Below, one piece after another: positions 12,081 through 21,515 of a stretch of DNA of 64,000 nt. Location of the stretch: assembly GCA_902538085.1 (NCBI GenBank), contig CACBDV010000001.1, positions 43,766 to 107,765 of the forward strand, written 5' to 3'. The first letter of the stretch is position 1. Every line of letters begins with the position of its first letter. Below the pieces are notes generated by a model that saw only the letters and a list, made by a program, of their open reading frames with translations, was not told where the DNA came from and did no database searches. The position numbers and the translations under genes are program-made. The stretch comes from an uncultured Alphaproteobacteria bacterium (GTDB taxonomy: Bacteria; Pseudomonadota; Alphaproteobacteria; HIMB59).

Positions 12081-14273
12081 ATGAAAAAATTAAAAGTCCT
12101 AATACCCATAGCAATACTTTTAATTTTAGTGATTTTATTTGGACTTAGTTTTCTAAGATTACCTATGAATATTTTATCTCAAGAAATGGTCGAAAGAGAA
12201 ACTAAAGGTTTTGTTACATTGAACAGTTTATCAAATCAAACTTTAAAAATTATGCCTAAACCAATTCTCTCTATAGATAATTCAAATTTCAAAATTAATC
12301 ATTATTTAATCCAAACTGATTTAGCAGCTTCTGATATTGAAATTTCTAGATCTATTTTTAACGCAGATGATATTTCAATTACACTCAACCAAGCAAGAAT
12401 AGAAAATATAAATTCAAATTTTGTTAATAATGCGATTTTACTAGAGGGTGATATCGATAATTTAAAATTAAAGATCTCTAACGAGGGCAATAATACAAGA
12501 ATAATATCAAACAAATTTAAATATAAAGGCTCTGATTTATATTTTGATATTCATACAACTGACTCAGACATAAATAAAATTGATTTTTCCATAGAAAATC
12601 TTGAAATAGATGAACTAGTATTACTTTTAGGGGAAAATTACCAGGATTTTTTAAAAAAAATAAATTTTCAAAGTCTTGACATAAAAGGTGAATATGTAAA
12701 AGAAAATTTAAATATTGAAGACCTAGTTATTACTTTAGCTGACAAATCACAAATTAATATTGAGGGGAATATCAATTTAAGTAATTTCATTAGTTCTGAT
12801 TTATCAATTAGAGGTCAAAATATCTCCTCAGATAATTTATTTCAAATGATTAATAATATAAATATTTTCAATGAAATTATAGACATTCCTCAAGGAATAA
12901 TTGAAACTTTTGATTTAAACTACAATTCAAATAATTTAACTATAAATAAAATCTTGTATGTCTCTGATCAAGGAACAAACTTAGATTTAAACGGAACTAT
13001 TGAAAATCTTGATTTTTATAATGCTAACTTTAATGCTAGTCTTAACTCTAGTTCCAAAGATGACTTATCAGTATTATTAGAATTTTTACCTTATTCGGAA
13101 TTAGTAAAGCAATTTGAATTTGATGAAATTGAATTATCCAGCAATTTCGCAAATAATATTTTTACAATTGATCAAATAAATATAACTAATAAGGATGAAA
13201 ATATTATTCAAATAAGCGGTGCTTATGGGCTTGATGATATCAATAGTCTACAATTAGATATTCAATTAAACCGGTTTAGACAATTTGAGTTAATTCCATC
13301 TAACTCATTAATTAGATTATTAAAAACATTAAATACGGGACATATCAACGCGAGAGGCCTTATAAATGGCTCAAATTTAGCTATTGAAGATCTTCAATTT
13401 ATTAATTTGGAAGGTTCGAATTTATTAATTGACGGCAATTTAGATCTTAATAATTTTAATAATGCCTCTTTGAATATTGGAATTGAAAATTTAAATAAAA
13501 CAGAACTATTAAATATCATCTCTGAATTAACTAAGGAAGATTTTACGAATATTGTGGATCTTGTTGACTTTGATTATTTAGAGTCAAACTTATACGTTGA
13601 TCCAGCCAGTGATTTATTTTTGATAGAAAATTTAGATCTAATAAATAAAGATAAAATTTCAAATATTTCTGGATCAATTAAAAATCAGATGTTTACTGGT
13701 ACAGTCAAATTAAATGATTTAAATTTATCTAATTTTGATCGTTTATTTTTAAATACATCTCGTGTTAAAGGAAAAATTAATCTATCTTTAAATGTTTCTG
13801 AACCTATTAATCTTAAAAATATTATAAATTTATCTGGAAAAATAGATGGTGATATTAACGTTAATATTACTGAAGAGGAATTTGCACTAGTTTTATTTAT
13901 TCAATCTCTATCTCAAGATATTGAGGATTTTGAACAAATTAATGAATTATTAAACACATTAGCAAATTCTTTCATTAATCAAAGTAGTTCTATTTCTGGA
14001 CAAATTTCAAATAATAATTTGAATGAATTTAAAATAAAAAACATAATTTTAACATCACCAGACGGAGAGACTTTAGAGGCAGAATTAGAATTAGCTTTGA
14101 ATAATTTTAAAATTACAATTTTTGATATTATTGACAATGAGGATTTTGTTATAAAATATCAAAATGGAAATTATTCCTACGAAAGAGTCATAACTGATGG
14201 GACTGTAAAAAAACCTATAGAAGATTTAATTCAAAAAAATATAAATAAGCTTTTTGAAAATTTATTTCAGTGA
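12081..14273 (+). CDS. large membrane-anchored protein with internal repeats, AsmA-like (tentative)
   Basis: 730 aa; single N-terminal TM helix; LKIMPKPILSI resembles the AsmA N-terminal LPxP motif; about five internal beta-rich repeats. Confidence 0.55.
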   Translation: MKKLKVLIPIAILLILVILFGLSFLRLPMNILSQEMVERETKGFVTLNSLSNQTLKIMPKPILSIDNSNFKINHYLIQTDLAASDIEISRSIFNADDISITLNQARIENINSNFVNNAILLEGDIDNLKLKISNEGNNTRIISNKFKYKGSDLYFDIHTTDSDINKIDFSIENLEIDELVLLLGENYQDFLKKINFQSLDIKGEYVKENLNIEDLVITLADKSQINIEGNINLSNFISSDLSIRGQNISSDNLFQMINNINIFNEIIDIPQGIIETFDLNYNSNNLTINKILYVSDQGTNLDLNGTIENLDFYNANFNASLNSSSKDDLSVLLEFLPYSELVKQFEFDEIELSSNFANNIFTIDQINITNKDENIIQISGAYGLDDINSLQLDIQLNRFRQFELIPSNSLIRLLKTLNTGHINARGLINGSNLAIEDLQFINLEGSNLLIDGNLDLNNFNNASLNIGIENLNKTELLNIISELTKEDFTNIVDLVDFDYLESNLYVDPASDLFLIENLDLINKDKISNISGSIKNQMFTGTVKLNDLNLSNFDRLFLNTSRVKGKINLSLNVSEPINLKNIINLSGKIDGDINVNITEEEFALVLFIQSLSQDIEDFEQINELLNTLANSFINQSSSISGQISNNNLNEFKIKNIILTSPDGETLEAELELALNNFKITIFDIIDNEDFVIKYQNGNYSYERVITDGTVKKPIEDLIQKNINKLFENLFQ

Positions 14274-15203
14274 TCTTAAAACAAAATCAATAATATCTTT
14301 TTCAATCTTACTTTTATTTAACCTGTTGATTTCTTGAATTCCAGTAGGAGATGTAATATTTATTTCTGTTAAATAGCCATCTATCACATCAATACCAACA
14401 AAAAATAATTTTTTTTTCACCAAAAATGATTTTATTTTTTTACAAATGTACTTATCTTTGTCAGTGATATTAGTTTCTACTGCCCTTCCACCAGCATGAA
14501 AATTTGCCTTTATGCTATTAGTTCTAGGCACTCTTAGTACAGCTCCAGCAATGTCCCCGTTTATGAGAATAATTCTTTTGTCTCCTTTTTTGAAATTTTT
14601 AAGGAATCTTTGAATAATTACTGGGCAATTCGAAAATTTTTTTATGTAATTTTTTAAGAACGTATTGAGATTAGTCTTATGGCTAATTTTTTGAATTCCC
14701 AATCCCCCATTTCCATAAGCGGGTTTTATAATAACCTCTTTATTCTTCTTTATAAACTTTATGATGGCTTCTATATTTGATGATATTAACGTCGGAGGAG
14801 TTAATTCTGGGAAGTTCATCATAATATGTTTTTCTGGGAAGTTCCTAATCTCCTTTGAATTATTTAAAATTAAAGGTTTTTTTAATTGATCTAATAAATA
14901 GGTATTAGAAATATAATTTAAATCGAAGGGTGGATCTTGTCGAATAAAAATGGCATTCATCTGTTCTAAATCAATTTCTTTTAGGATCTTTCTTTGATAT
15001 GAAAGCTGATTATTTTTTTTCAAACTTAATCTAGAAACGTTAGATTTAATTTTATTAACTTTATTAATCTCACTAAATACCCATCTTGGATCATTGTAAT
15101 AACAATCTATACCCCTATTTAAAGACTCCTTGATTAACATATAAGTAGAGTCCTCGTTAATATTTATTTTTTTGGGATCATCCATTTGAAAAAGAAATTT
15201 CAT
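14262..15203 (-). CDS. gshB: glutathione synthetase
   Basis: QMDD, RQDPPFD, RNFPEK, GDKRI, ANFHAGG, TEINITSPTG. Confidence 0.96.
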   Translation of the reverse strand: MKFLFQMDDPKKININEDSTYMLIKESLNRGIDCYYNDPRWVFSEINKVNKIKSNVSRLSLKKNNQLSYQRKILKEIDLEQMNAIFIRQDPPFDLNYISNTYLLDQLKKPLILNNSKEIRNFPEKHIMMNFPELTPPTLISSNIEAIIKFIKKNKEVIIKPAYGNGGLGIQKISHKTNLNTFLKNYIKKFSNCPVIIQRFLKNFKKGDKRIILINGDIAGAVLRVPRTNSIKANFHAGGRAVETNITDKDKYICKKIKSFLVKKKLFFVGIDVIDGYLTEINITSPTGIQEINRLNKSKIEKDIIDFVLRSLK

Positions 15204-15210
15204 AGCAAAT

Positions 15211-16545
15211 TCAATAATAGGTATTATTTAATAATGATAATATATCTTTTTTATGCTTAAACTCTTCAATTAACAAATCTGCAGGATTTTTTTGTTTTTC
15301 AACAATATTATATAATTTTTCAAGATGAATACTTTCATCACTTCCTTCAGAATTTAGATAACCTCTTTTTTCTAATCCCTTTTTAGCGAGGTTAAGAAGG
15401 TTTTTACCATGCTCATATAAGGGCGAATTAATAAAGTTACTTTTAAGTCCTTTATAAGGGACCTCTTGATACAAATTTAAAATATCATTCTCTTGCCAAG
15501 AACTAGTTTCTTTCCACAGATGTTCAAGATTTTCATCATCATAAAGTATACCAACCCAAAATGCTGGAAGAGCGCAAATCATTTCCCATTTCCCAGCGTC
15601 TGCTCCTCTAAGTTCTATATATGACTTTAATCTTACCTCTGTAAAAATTGTGGAGAGATGGTTTATCCAATCTTGTATTGATATGTTGTAATTTGAAAGG
15701 TCTTTATTTGCGGTTTGTTTAGTTAACAATTCATTAAATGTATAATCTGTTGTGTCATATTGTTTTCCATTTATCTTTAAAAAATAGTTTTTTACTTCCA
15801 AAACAAAGTCAACATATTCCTCAATAGAAAAATTCTTGTTCAGGAATGATCTTTTTATTCCACATCTTTGATCATCAGTGTCTTGCCATGTATAAATTCG
15901 ATTACTCACTAAATTATTATATTTCGACTCACGAAAGGGCGAATTACAAAATATACCCATAACTATTGGTTGAATTCTATTAGAAACAACAAATTTTTTA
16001 ATAAGATCTGTTTCACTAAAATAATCTAAATTTGCTTGAACTGTGCATGTTCGGGTCATCATATCTAAACCTCTTGAGCCAACTTTAGGCATATATTCAC
16101 TCATAATTTTATAACGCTCTTTTGGAATAAAAGTTAAATCCTCTAATTTACTTATTGGATCAAATCCCAGTCCTAAAATGCATAATTCATTCAATTCGGC
16201 ATATTCTTTTAATTCTCTTAAATGTTCATAAGACTCCGTACATGTTTGATGAACATTCTTTAAAATTTTACCAGATAATTCTAGTTGACACCCTGGCTCT
16301 AAAGTAATGCTAGCACCATTTTTAGACAAAGATATTAATTGATTGAAACTATTGTATTCTTTTTTTTGCCAACCCTTTGATAAGAAAAATTGAAATAAAT
16401 TTTGTATACTTACCTCTCCATCAAATTGAAATCTTTTATTATCTTTATAAAAGATAAATTTTTCATGTTCAGTTCCAATGCCCTTATACTCAGGGTCAGT
16501 AAAATTTGAGTAGAAATAATTTATAAGATCTGATTTTTGTAACAA
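15211..16545 (-). CDS. gshA: glutamate--cysteine ligase (alphaproteobacterial/plant-type GCS2)
   Basis: IGTEHEKF, TLEPGCQLELSG, TCTVQANLD, IFTEVRLKSYIELRGAD; adjacent to gshB. Confidence 0.95.
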   Translation of the reverse strand: MLQKSDLINYFYSNFTDPEYKGIGTEHEKFIFYKDNKRFQFDGEVSIQNLFQFFLSKGWQKKEYNSFNQLISLSKNGASITLEPGCQLELSGKILKNVHQTCTESYEHLRELKEYAELNELCILGLGFDPISKLEDLTFIPKERYKIMSEYMPKVGSRGLDMMTRTCTVQANLDYFSETDLIKKFVVSNRIQPIVMGIFCNSPFRESKYNNLVSNRIYTWQDTDDQRCGIKRSFLNKNFSIEEYVDFVLEVKNYFLKINGKQYDTTDYTFNELLTKQTANKDLSNYNISIQDWINHLSTIFTEVRLKSYIELRGADAGKWEMICALPAFWVGILYDDENLEHLWKETSSWQENDILNLYQEVPYKGLKSNFINSPLYEHGKNLLNLAKKGLEKRGYLNSEGSDESIHLEKLYNIVEKQKNPADLLIEEFKHKKDILSLLNNTYY

Positions 16546-17130
16546 TTAAAACACACTATTTTTATGAAAATTACATTTTGTTATTTGATTAGAATAATCT
16601 TTAGCTTGACGTTCTACTTTTTTTGCCACCTCTAAAAGCCATTTTTTTTTGTTATAAGATTTTTTTTGATATCCACCCTTGCCCTCATGATAAGCAAGGT
16701 AATGATTATAAACGTCACTTTTGTCAATTTTTAACAGACGGTAACTTCCATCAACATACCAACCTATAAAATCACTAGCATCTCTAAAATTTTTTCTATC
16801 GGCATTAAAGTTTTTTGTTGAAACTTTATACTCCTCCCATGTTCCATCTAAGGCCTGACTGTAACCATAGGCGCTTGATGGCCTTAAACCAGGTATAAAT
16901 CCTAATACTTTTTTCCTCGGAGGCCTTGCAGTTCTTTCAAAAGAGGACTCTTGTTTGATAAAGCTTAATTGTAAACTAACTGGAACCCCCCATTTATTTT
17001 TTGTTTTTTCTGCGTATGATTTCCAATTAGGATTTGTTTTGAAAATATCGCAAATATTTGCTGTGTTAAAAGACCTATCGGTTGTAATACAACCGGATAA
17101 TAATAGAAAAAATATCAGTAAGTACTTCAC
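16546..17130 (-). CDS. lipoprotein with lysozyme-like/SLT transglycosylase domain
   Basis: Lipobox LSGC; QESSF catalytic-Glu motif, SSAYGYSQALDGTW, YLAYHEG. Confidence 0.85.
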   Translation of the reverse strand: MKYLLIFFLLLSGCITTDRSFNTANICDIFKTNPNWKSYAEKTKNKWGVPVSLQLSFIKQESSFERTARPPRKKVLGFIPGLRPSSAYGYSQALDGTWEEYKVSTKNFNADRKNFRDASDFIGWYVDGSYRLLKIDKSDVYNHYLAYHEGKGGYQKKSYNKKKWLLEVAKKVERQAKDYSNQITKCNFHKNSVF

Positions 17131-18470
17131 TAGTTAAAATTTTTCCTTAAAAAATCAATCATTATATCTAATCCCTGTAATGCAGCTCCTTTGGAGTCTT
17201 GAGACCAAGCATAGGTGTCAAAGTGAATCCAAGGTATATTGGGAGATTTTAAAAATTCTTGAAGAAAAAGTGCTGCCGTAATAGATCCGGCCATACCATC
17301 TAAAGATGCATTACTAATATCTGCTACTTGAGATTTAATTTTAACCAAGTATGGAGAATACAAAGGTAATCTCCAACATCTCAATTTTTCTTTATTTAAA
17401 TTTTCAATTTTTTTTGCAAATGTTTCATTATTACTAAAATAAGCAGGAAGGTCTTCACCCAGAGCTACTCTTGCTGCTCCAGTGAGTGTTGCAAAGTCAA
17501 TAATCATACATGGGTTATAAGAAGATGCTTTTTCTATTGCATCTGCTAACAAAAGTCTTCCCTCAGCATCTGTATGGGCAATTTCGATAGACTTTCCTGA
17601 TACAGATGAATATACATCACCAGGTCTCATTGATTTGGATGATATTGCATTTTCAGCGATTGGGGCAATTAAAATAATTTTAGTTTTTTTTAAAAAATAA
17701 TTTGCTAACAAAAATAATGATATAGCGATAGCAGATCCTCCCATGTCTTTTTTCATATTTCTCATTGAGCTACCTGGTTTTATGTTTACACCGCCTGTGT
17801 CAAATGTAACGCCTTTTCCAATAATAACCAATGGCTTATCTTTTTTTGAAAGTTTTCGATTTGTTATTTCAATAACTTTAGGTTTTGAAGAGGAAGATTT
17901 ACCAACGGCACATGTCAAAGGAAAATTTGAATTTATTTCTTTTTCTGTGTAATCAATGAAATTAAAACTTTTAAACAAATTATTATTTTTAATTTTTGAG
18001 TAATAAGTTGATGGGTTTAATTTATTTGCAGGGCTATTTATCAAGTCTCTTGAAAAATTTATACAATCTGAGTAAAAAGTTAAAAACTCTAATTCCTTTT
18101 GATCCTTTATGTATAATAAATTTTTTTTGGATTTAGACTGATACTTATAGTTGCCCCAAGCCCATGCTTTGTGTATTTCAGACTCCTTTGATTTGGCAAA
18201 TTTATTGGAAATATAATAGTTACCAATGTTAGATGCAGAAAAAGAACTAATTGCCTCTAGGTTTTTATCTGTGCCCTCTCCTATTATAATCTCTTTCAAT
18301 CTTCCGTCTTCATAGGGAATTTTGAGAATTTTTCTTGATTCTGCCTTGAAATTATTAGATAAAGCCCAATTTTTATTAAAAGATGATTGTGTTAACAACC
18401 ATTTATCAAATTTACTTTGTGAAATGACAGAAATTTTTGTAGAACACTCAGTATTATCATTGGTAAACAT
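17130..18470 (-). CDS. M17 leucyl aminopeptidase family
   Basis: GKGVTFDTGG, MKKDMGG, TDAEGRL, ATLTGA. Confidence 0.94.
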   Translation of the reverse strand: MFTNDNTECSTKISVISQSKFDKWLLTQSSFNKNWALSNNFKAESRKILKIPYEDGRLKEIIIGEGTDKNLEAISSFSASNIGNYYISNKFAKSKESEIHKAWAWGNYKYQSKSKKNLLYIKDQKELEFLTFYSDCINFSRDLINSPANKLNPSTYYSKIKNNNLFKSFNFIDYTEKEINSNFPLTCAVGKSSSSKPKVIEITNRKLSKKDKPLVIIGKGVTFDTGGVNIKPGSSMRNMKKDMGGSAIAISLFLLANYFLKKTKIILIAPIAENAISSKSMRPGDVYSSVSGKSIEIAHTDAEGRLLLADAIEKASSYNPCMIIDFATLTGAARVALGEDLPAYFSNNETFAKKIENLNKEKLRCWRLPLYSPYLVKIKSQVADISNASLDGMAGSITAALFLQEFLKSPNIPWIHFDTYAWSQDSKGAALQGLDIMIDFLRKNFN

Positions 18471-18497
18471 TACTTATAATAAGGATATTAGAAAAAA

Positions 18498-20360
18498 ATG
18501 ACTAAACAACAAGCGGAAAAGAAAACTGTAAAATTCGAAACTGAAGTATCAAAGCTCCTAGATATAGTTGCAAATTCACTCTATACCGAAAAGGAAATAT
18601 TTTTACGTGAATTAATATCAAATTCATCAGATGCTTGCGAAAAGCTTAGATATGTTAGTCAGACTGACTCCAAAGCTCCTAAAACAAATAAATTCCAAAT
18701 TCGAATTCATCTTAATGAAAAAAATAAAACTATCTCAATAAAAGATAATGGGATTGGCATGGATGATAAAGATATGCAATCAAATTTAGGCACAATAGCT
18801 AAATCTGGCACGGAAGAGTTTATTAAAAAGATGGGTGATAAAAAGGGAGATATCAATCAAATTGGTAAATTTGGAGTTGGTTTCTATTCATCATTTATGG
18901 TCTCAGATCAAGTAGTAGTTAGATCAAAGAAATATGACTCATCCAGTGGTTACCTATGGACTTCAGATGGTAAAGGTACATTTTCAATTGAGGAAACGGA
19001 ATACAATGAAATTGGAACTGAAATTACGTTATCAATTAAGAAGGATGAGAAAGAGTTCTTAAGTAAATATAAAATAGAGGAAATCATAAAAAAGTATTCT
19101 GATTTTGTTCCTTTCCCCATTTTTGTGATATCCGAAGAAGATAAAAATGATAAGAAAAAAGATGATAAGACTGAAGAGCAAGTAAACTCTGCTGAAGCCA
19201 TTTGGCTAAAAGATAAATCAAAAATTAAAAAAGATGACTACAAATCTTTTTATAATCAAGTTTCAAACTATTATGATGAACCTTTAACAACTATTCACTT
19301 TAAAGCTGAGGGTGTTGTAAATTACACTGCACTTTTATATTTACCAAAATCGCAGCCTCAAGATCTTTACCATCCAGATCGGAAAAACAAGTTAAAGTTA
19401 TATGTGAATAAAGTATTTATTTCTGATAAGTTAGATGCATTAATTCCAGCTTGGCTTAGATTTGTGCCAGGTGTGGTAGACACAGAAGATCTTAGTTTAA
19501 ATATTTCTAGAGAAATTTTACAAAATAATGCCGTAATTAATAAAATATCTAATGCAATTACAAAAAGAGTTCTAAAAGAAATTCTGGAATTAAAAAAAAA
19601 GAAACCAGATGAATTTAAAGATTTTTGGAAGAATTTTGGGCCTGTTGTAAAAGAGGGACTTTATGAATTTAATGACTTTCATGATCAAATATTTGAGTTT
19701 TCAACATTTAACTGCTCTGAGAAAGAGGAGATGATAACTTTAGATCAATACGTAACTGATTTTTCAAATGATAAAAAGAAAATTTATTATATATCAGGTG
19801 AAAATAAGGAAAACCTGATTAATAGCCCTCAAATGGAACTATTTAAAAATAAAAAAATAAATGTTTTGTTAATTACGGATCCAGTTGACGAATTCTGGAT
19901 GCCAATGAAAATGAAATTCAAAGATTATGAATTTACATCTATTACTAAAGGTGAAATTGATATTGAGGATAAAAAAGAGTCAAAAAAAGACAAAGAAGAG
20001 CCAAAGGAAGATAAAGATTTTGTTGGATTTTTAAAAGACAATCTAAAAGACAAAGTTAAAGATGTAAAAATTTCTAAAAGGCTAACTACAAGTGCTTCAT
20101 GTTTAGTAGCTGATGAGAATGATATGGATATGCATTTAAAAAAACTGATGGCCGCTAATAATCAAAATATCTCTGATGAAAAAAGAATTTTAGAAATAAA
20201 TATTAATCATGAATTAGTTAATAAATTAAAATCTTTAGATAAAAACCAAAAAGACAAATTTTGTGAAATTCTTTATGATCACGCAAAGCTAATGGAAGGT
20301 GAAAACCTTGACGACCCAAAAAAATATACGAACTTAGTCTCAGAACTCGTTTCGTTATGA
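18498..20360 (+). CDS. htpG: molecular chaperone HtpG (Hsp90)
   Basis: FLRELISNSSDA, DNGIGM, LGTIAKSGT, IGKFGVGFYS, LNISRE. Confidence 0.98.
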   Translation: MTKQQAEKKTVKFETEVSKLLDIVANSLYTEKEIFLRELISNSSDACEKLRYVSQTDSKAPKTNKFQIRIHLNEKNKTISIKDNGIGMDDKDMQSNLGTIAKSGTEEFIKKMGDKKGDINQIGKFGVGFYSSFMVSDQVVVRSKKYDSSSGYLWTSDGKGTFSIEETEYNEIGTEITLSIKKDEKEFLSKYKIEEIIKKYSDFVPFPIFVISEEDKNDKKKDDKTEEQVNSAEAIWLKDKSKIKKDDYKSFYNQVSNYYDEPLTTIHFKAEGVVNYTALLYLPKSQPQDLYHPDRKNKLKLYVNKVFISDKLDALIPAWLRFVPGVVDTEDLSLNISREILQNNAVINKISNAITKRVLKEILELKKKKPDEFKDFWKNFGPVVKEGLYEFNDFHDQIFEFSTFNCSEKEEMITLDQYVTDFSNDKKKIYYISGENKENLINSPQMELFKNKKINVLLITDPVDEFWMPMKMKFKDYEFTSITKGEIDIEDKKESKKDKEEPKEDKDFVGFLKDNLKDKVKDVKISKRLTTSASCLVADENDMDMHLKKLMAANNQNISDEKRILEININHELVNKLKSLDKNQKDKFCEILYDHAKLMEGENLDDPKKYTNLVSELVSL

Positions 20361-20533
20361 GTGATCAAAACAAAATAGCAAATCCCATCGAATATATTTC
20401 AAAAAATACTGAAATAGTAATGTGTGATGGTGGAAGTGGTGATTTAGGCCATCCAGCTGTTTATTTTAAATTTGGTAAAAAAAAAGAAATTGTTTGTAAC
20501 TACTGTAATAAAAAATTTATAAAAAAAGACTAA
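20357..20533 (+). CDS. small zf-CHCC zinc-finger protein (NDUFS6-like), 58 aa, absent from the ORF track
   Basis: ATGA overlap with the htpG stop; translates MSDQNKIANPIEYISKNTEIVMCDGGSGDLGHPAVYFKFGKKKEIVCNYCNKKFIKKD, with the CDGG-x4-GHP...CxYC signature. Confidence 0.9.
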   Translation: MSDQNKIANPIEYISKNTEIVMCDGGSGDLGHPAVYFKFGKKKEIVCNYCNKKFIKKD

Positions 20534-21417
20534 ACTTTTTTTTCTTTATTTACTTCTCTCACTAAAAAATCCCTGAGGGCTTCAATTTTTTTAGAACCCT
20601 TCAATTCAGGAGGATAAGTAAAATAAATGATTGTCTTTGGAGTATTTGCATTAGGTAAAATAGGAACAAGATTGTTGTTAGATATTTTCATATATTCTGG
20701 TAAGGCACCAATGCCTGCTCCTCCTCCAATAGCTCTCATAACTCCATACATATTAGATATATAAATGGTTTTGGGTTTTTTTGATTTAGGAATTAAATCC
20801 AAAATACAGTTTACATCGGGTATAGATGGCTCAACATCATGACCAAAAGCAATTATTGTATGTTTTGATAAATCACTCACACTTTTTGGTATACCAAATT
20901 TTTCAATGTATTCTGGTGAGGAGTAAATTTTAAATTGAAACTCATACAAAGGAAAACGAATTAAATCCATTTGTGTAGGCTCTTTTAATCTTAAAGCTAC
21001 ATCAGCTTCACCTAAGGAAAGATCTGTGTATTTATTTTCAATTCTTATGGAAATATCAATATCGGGATATGAGTTTGAAAACTTTGCTATTCTAGGGGCA
21101 AGCCATGTGGTACCAAAGGCAACAGTGGCAGCTATGTGTAGTGAGCCTGTAGGTTTTTCTTTAGAGGAAGTTAACTGTGACTCAGTTAGAGCTATCTTTC
21201 CAAATATATCATGTGCTGTTTTGAATAAAATTTTACCTTGTTCAGTCAATGTAAGACCTCTGGCATGCCTTTTAAATAGCGATACTTTCAAATCTCTCTC
21301 TAGTGAGCTAATCTGTCTACTTATTGATGAATGACTTATATTCATTTTATTAGCTGCTTCTGAAATATTAAGATCTAGCGCAACATTATGAAAAATTTTA
21401 AGTTTGTCCCAGTCCAT
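20530..21417 (-). CDS. LysR family transcriptional regulator (VtlR/LsrB-like)
   Basis: MDWDKLKIFH N-terminus, HTH SISRQISSLE, LFKRHARGLTLTEQG. Confidence 0.92.
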   Translation of the reverse strand: MDWDKLKIFHNVALDLNISEAANKMNISHSSISRQISSLERDLKVSLFKRHARGLTLTEQGKILFKTAHDIFGKIALTESQLTSSKEKPTGSLHIAATVAFGTTWLAPRIAKFSNSYPDIDISIRIENKYTDLSLGEADVALRLKEPTQMDLIRFPLYEFQFKIYSSPEYIEKFGIPKSVSDLSKHTIIAFGHDVEPSIPDVNCILDLIPKSKKPKTIYISNMYGVMRAIGGGAGIGALPEYMKISNNNLVPILPNANTPKTIIYFTYPPELKGSKKIEALRDFLVREVNKEKKV

Positions 21418-21515
21418 GTTTTAATTTGATAATTTAGTTATTTATACTATCTATTTTTTTATTAGAAACTCATTAATTTTTTTTGTGATTTATAAAATGT
21501 CTGTAATATAGACTT

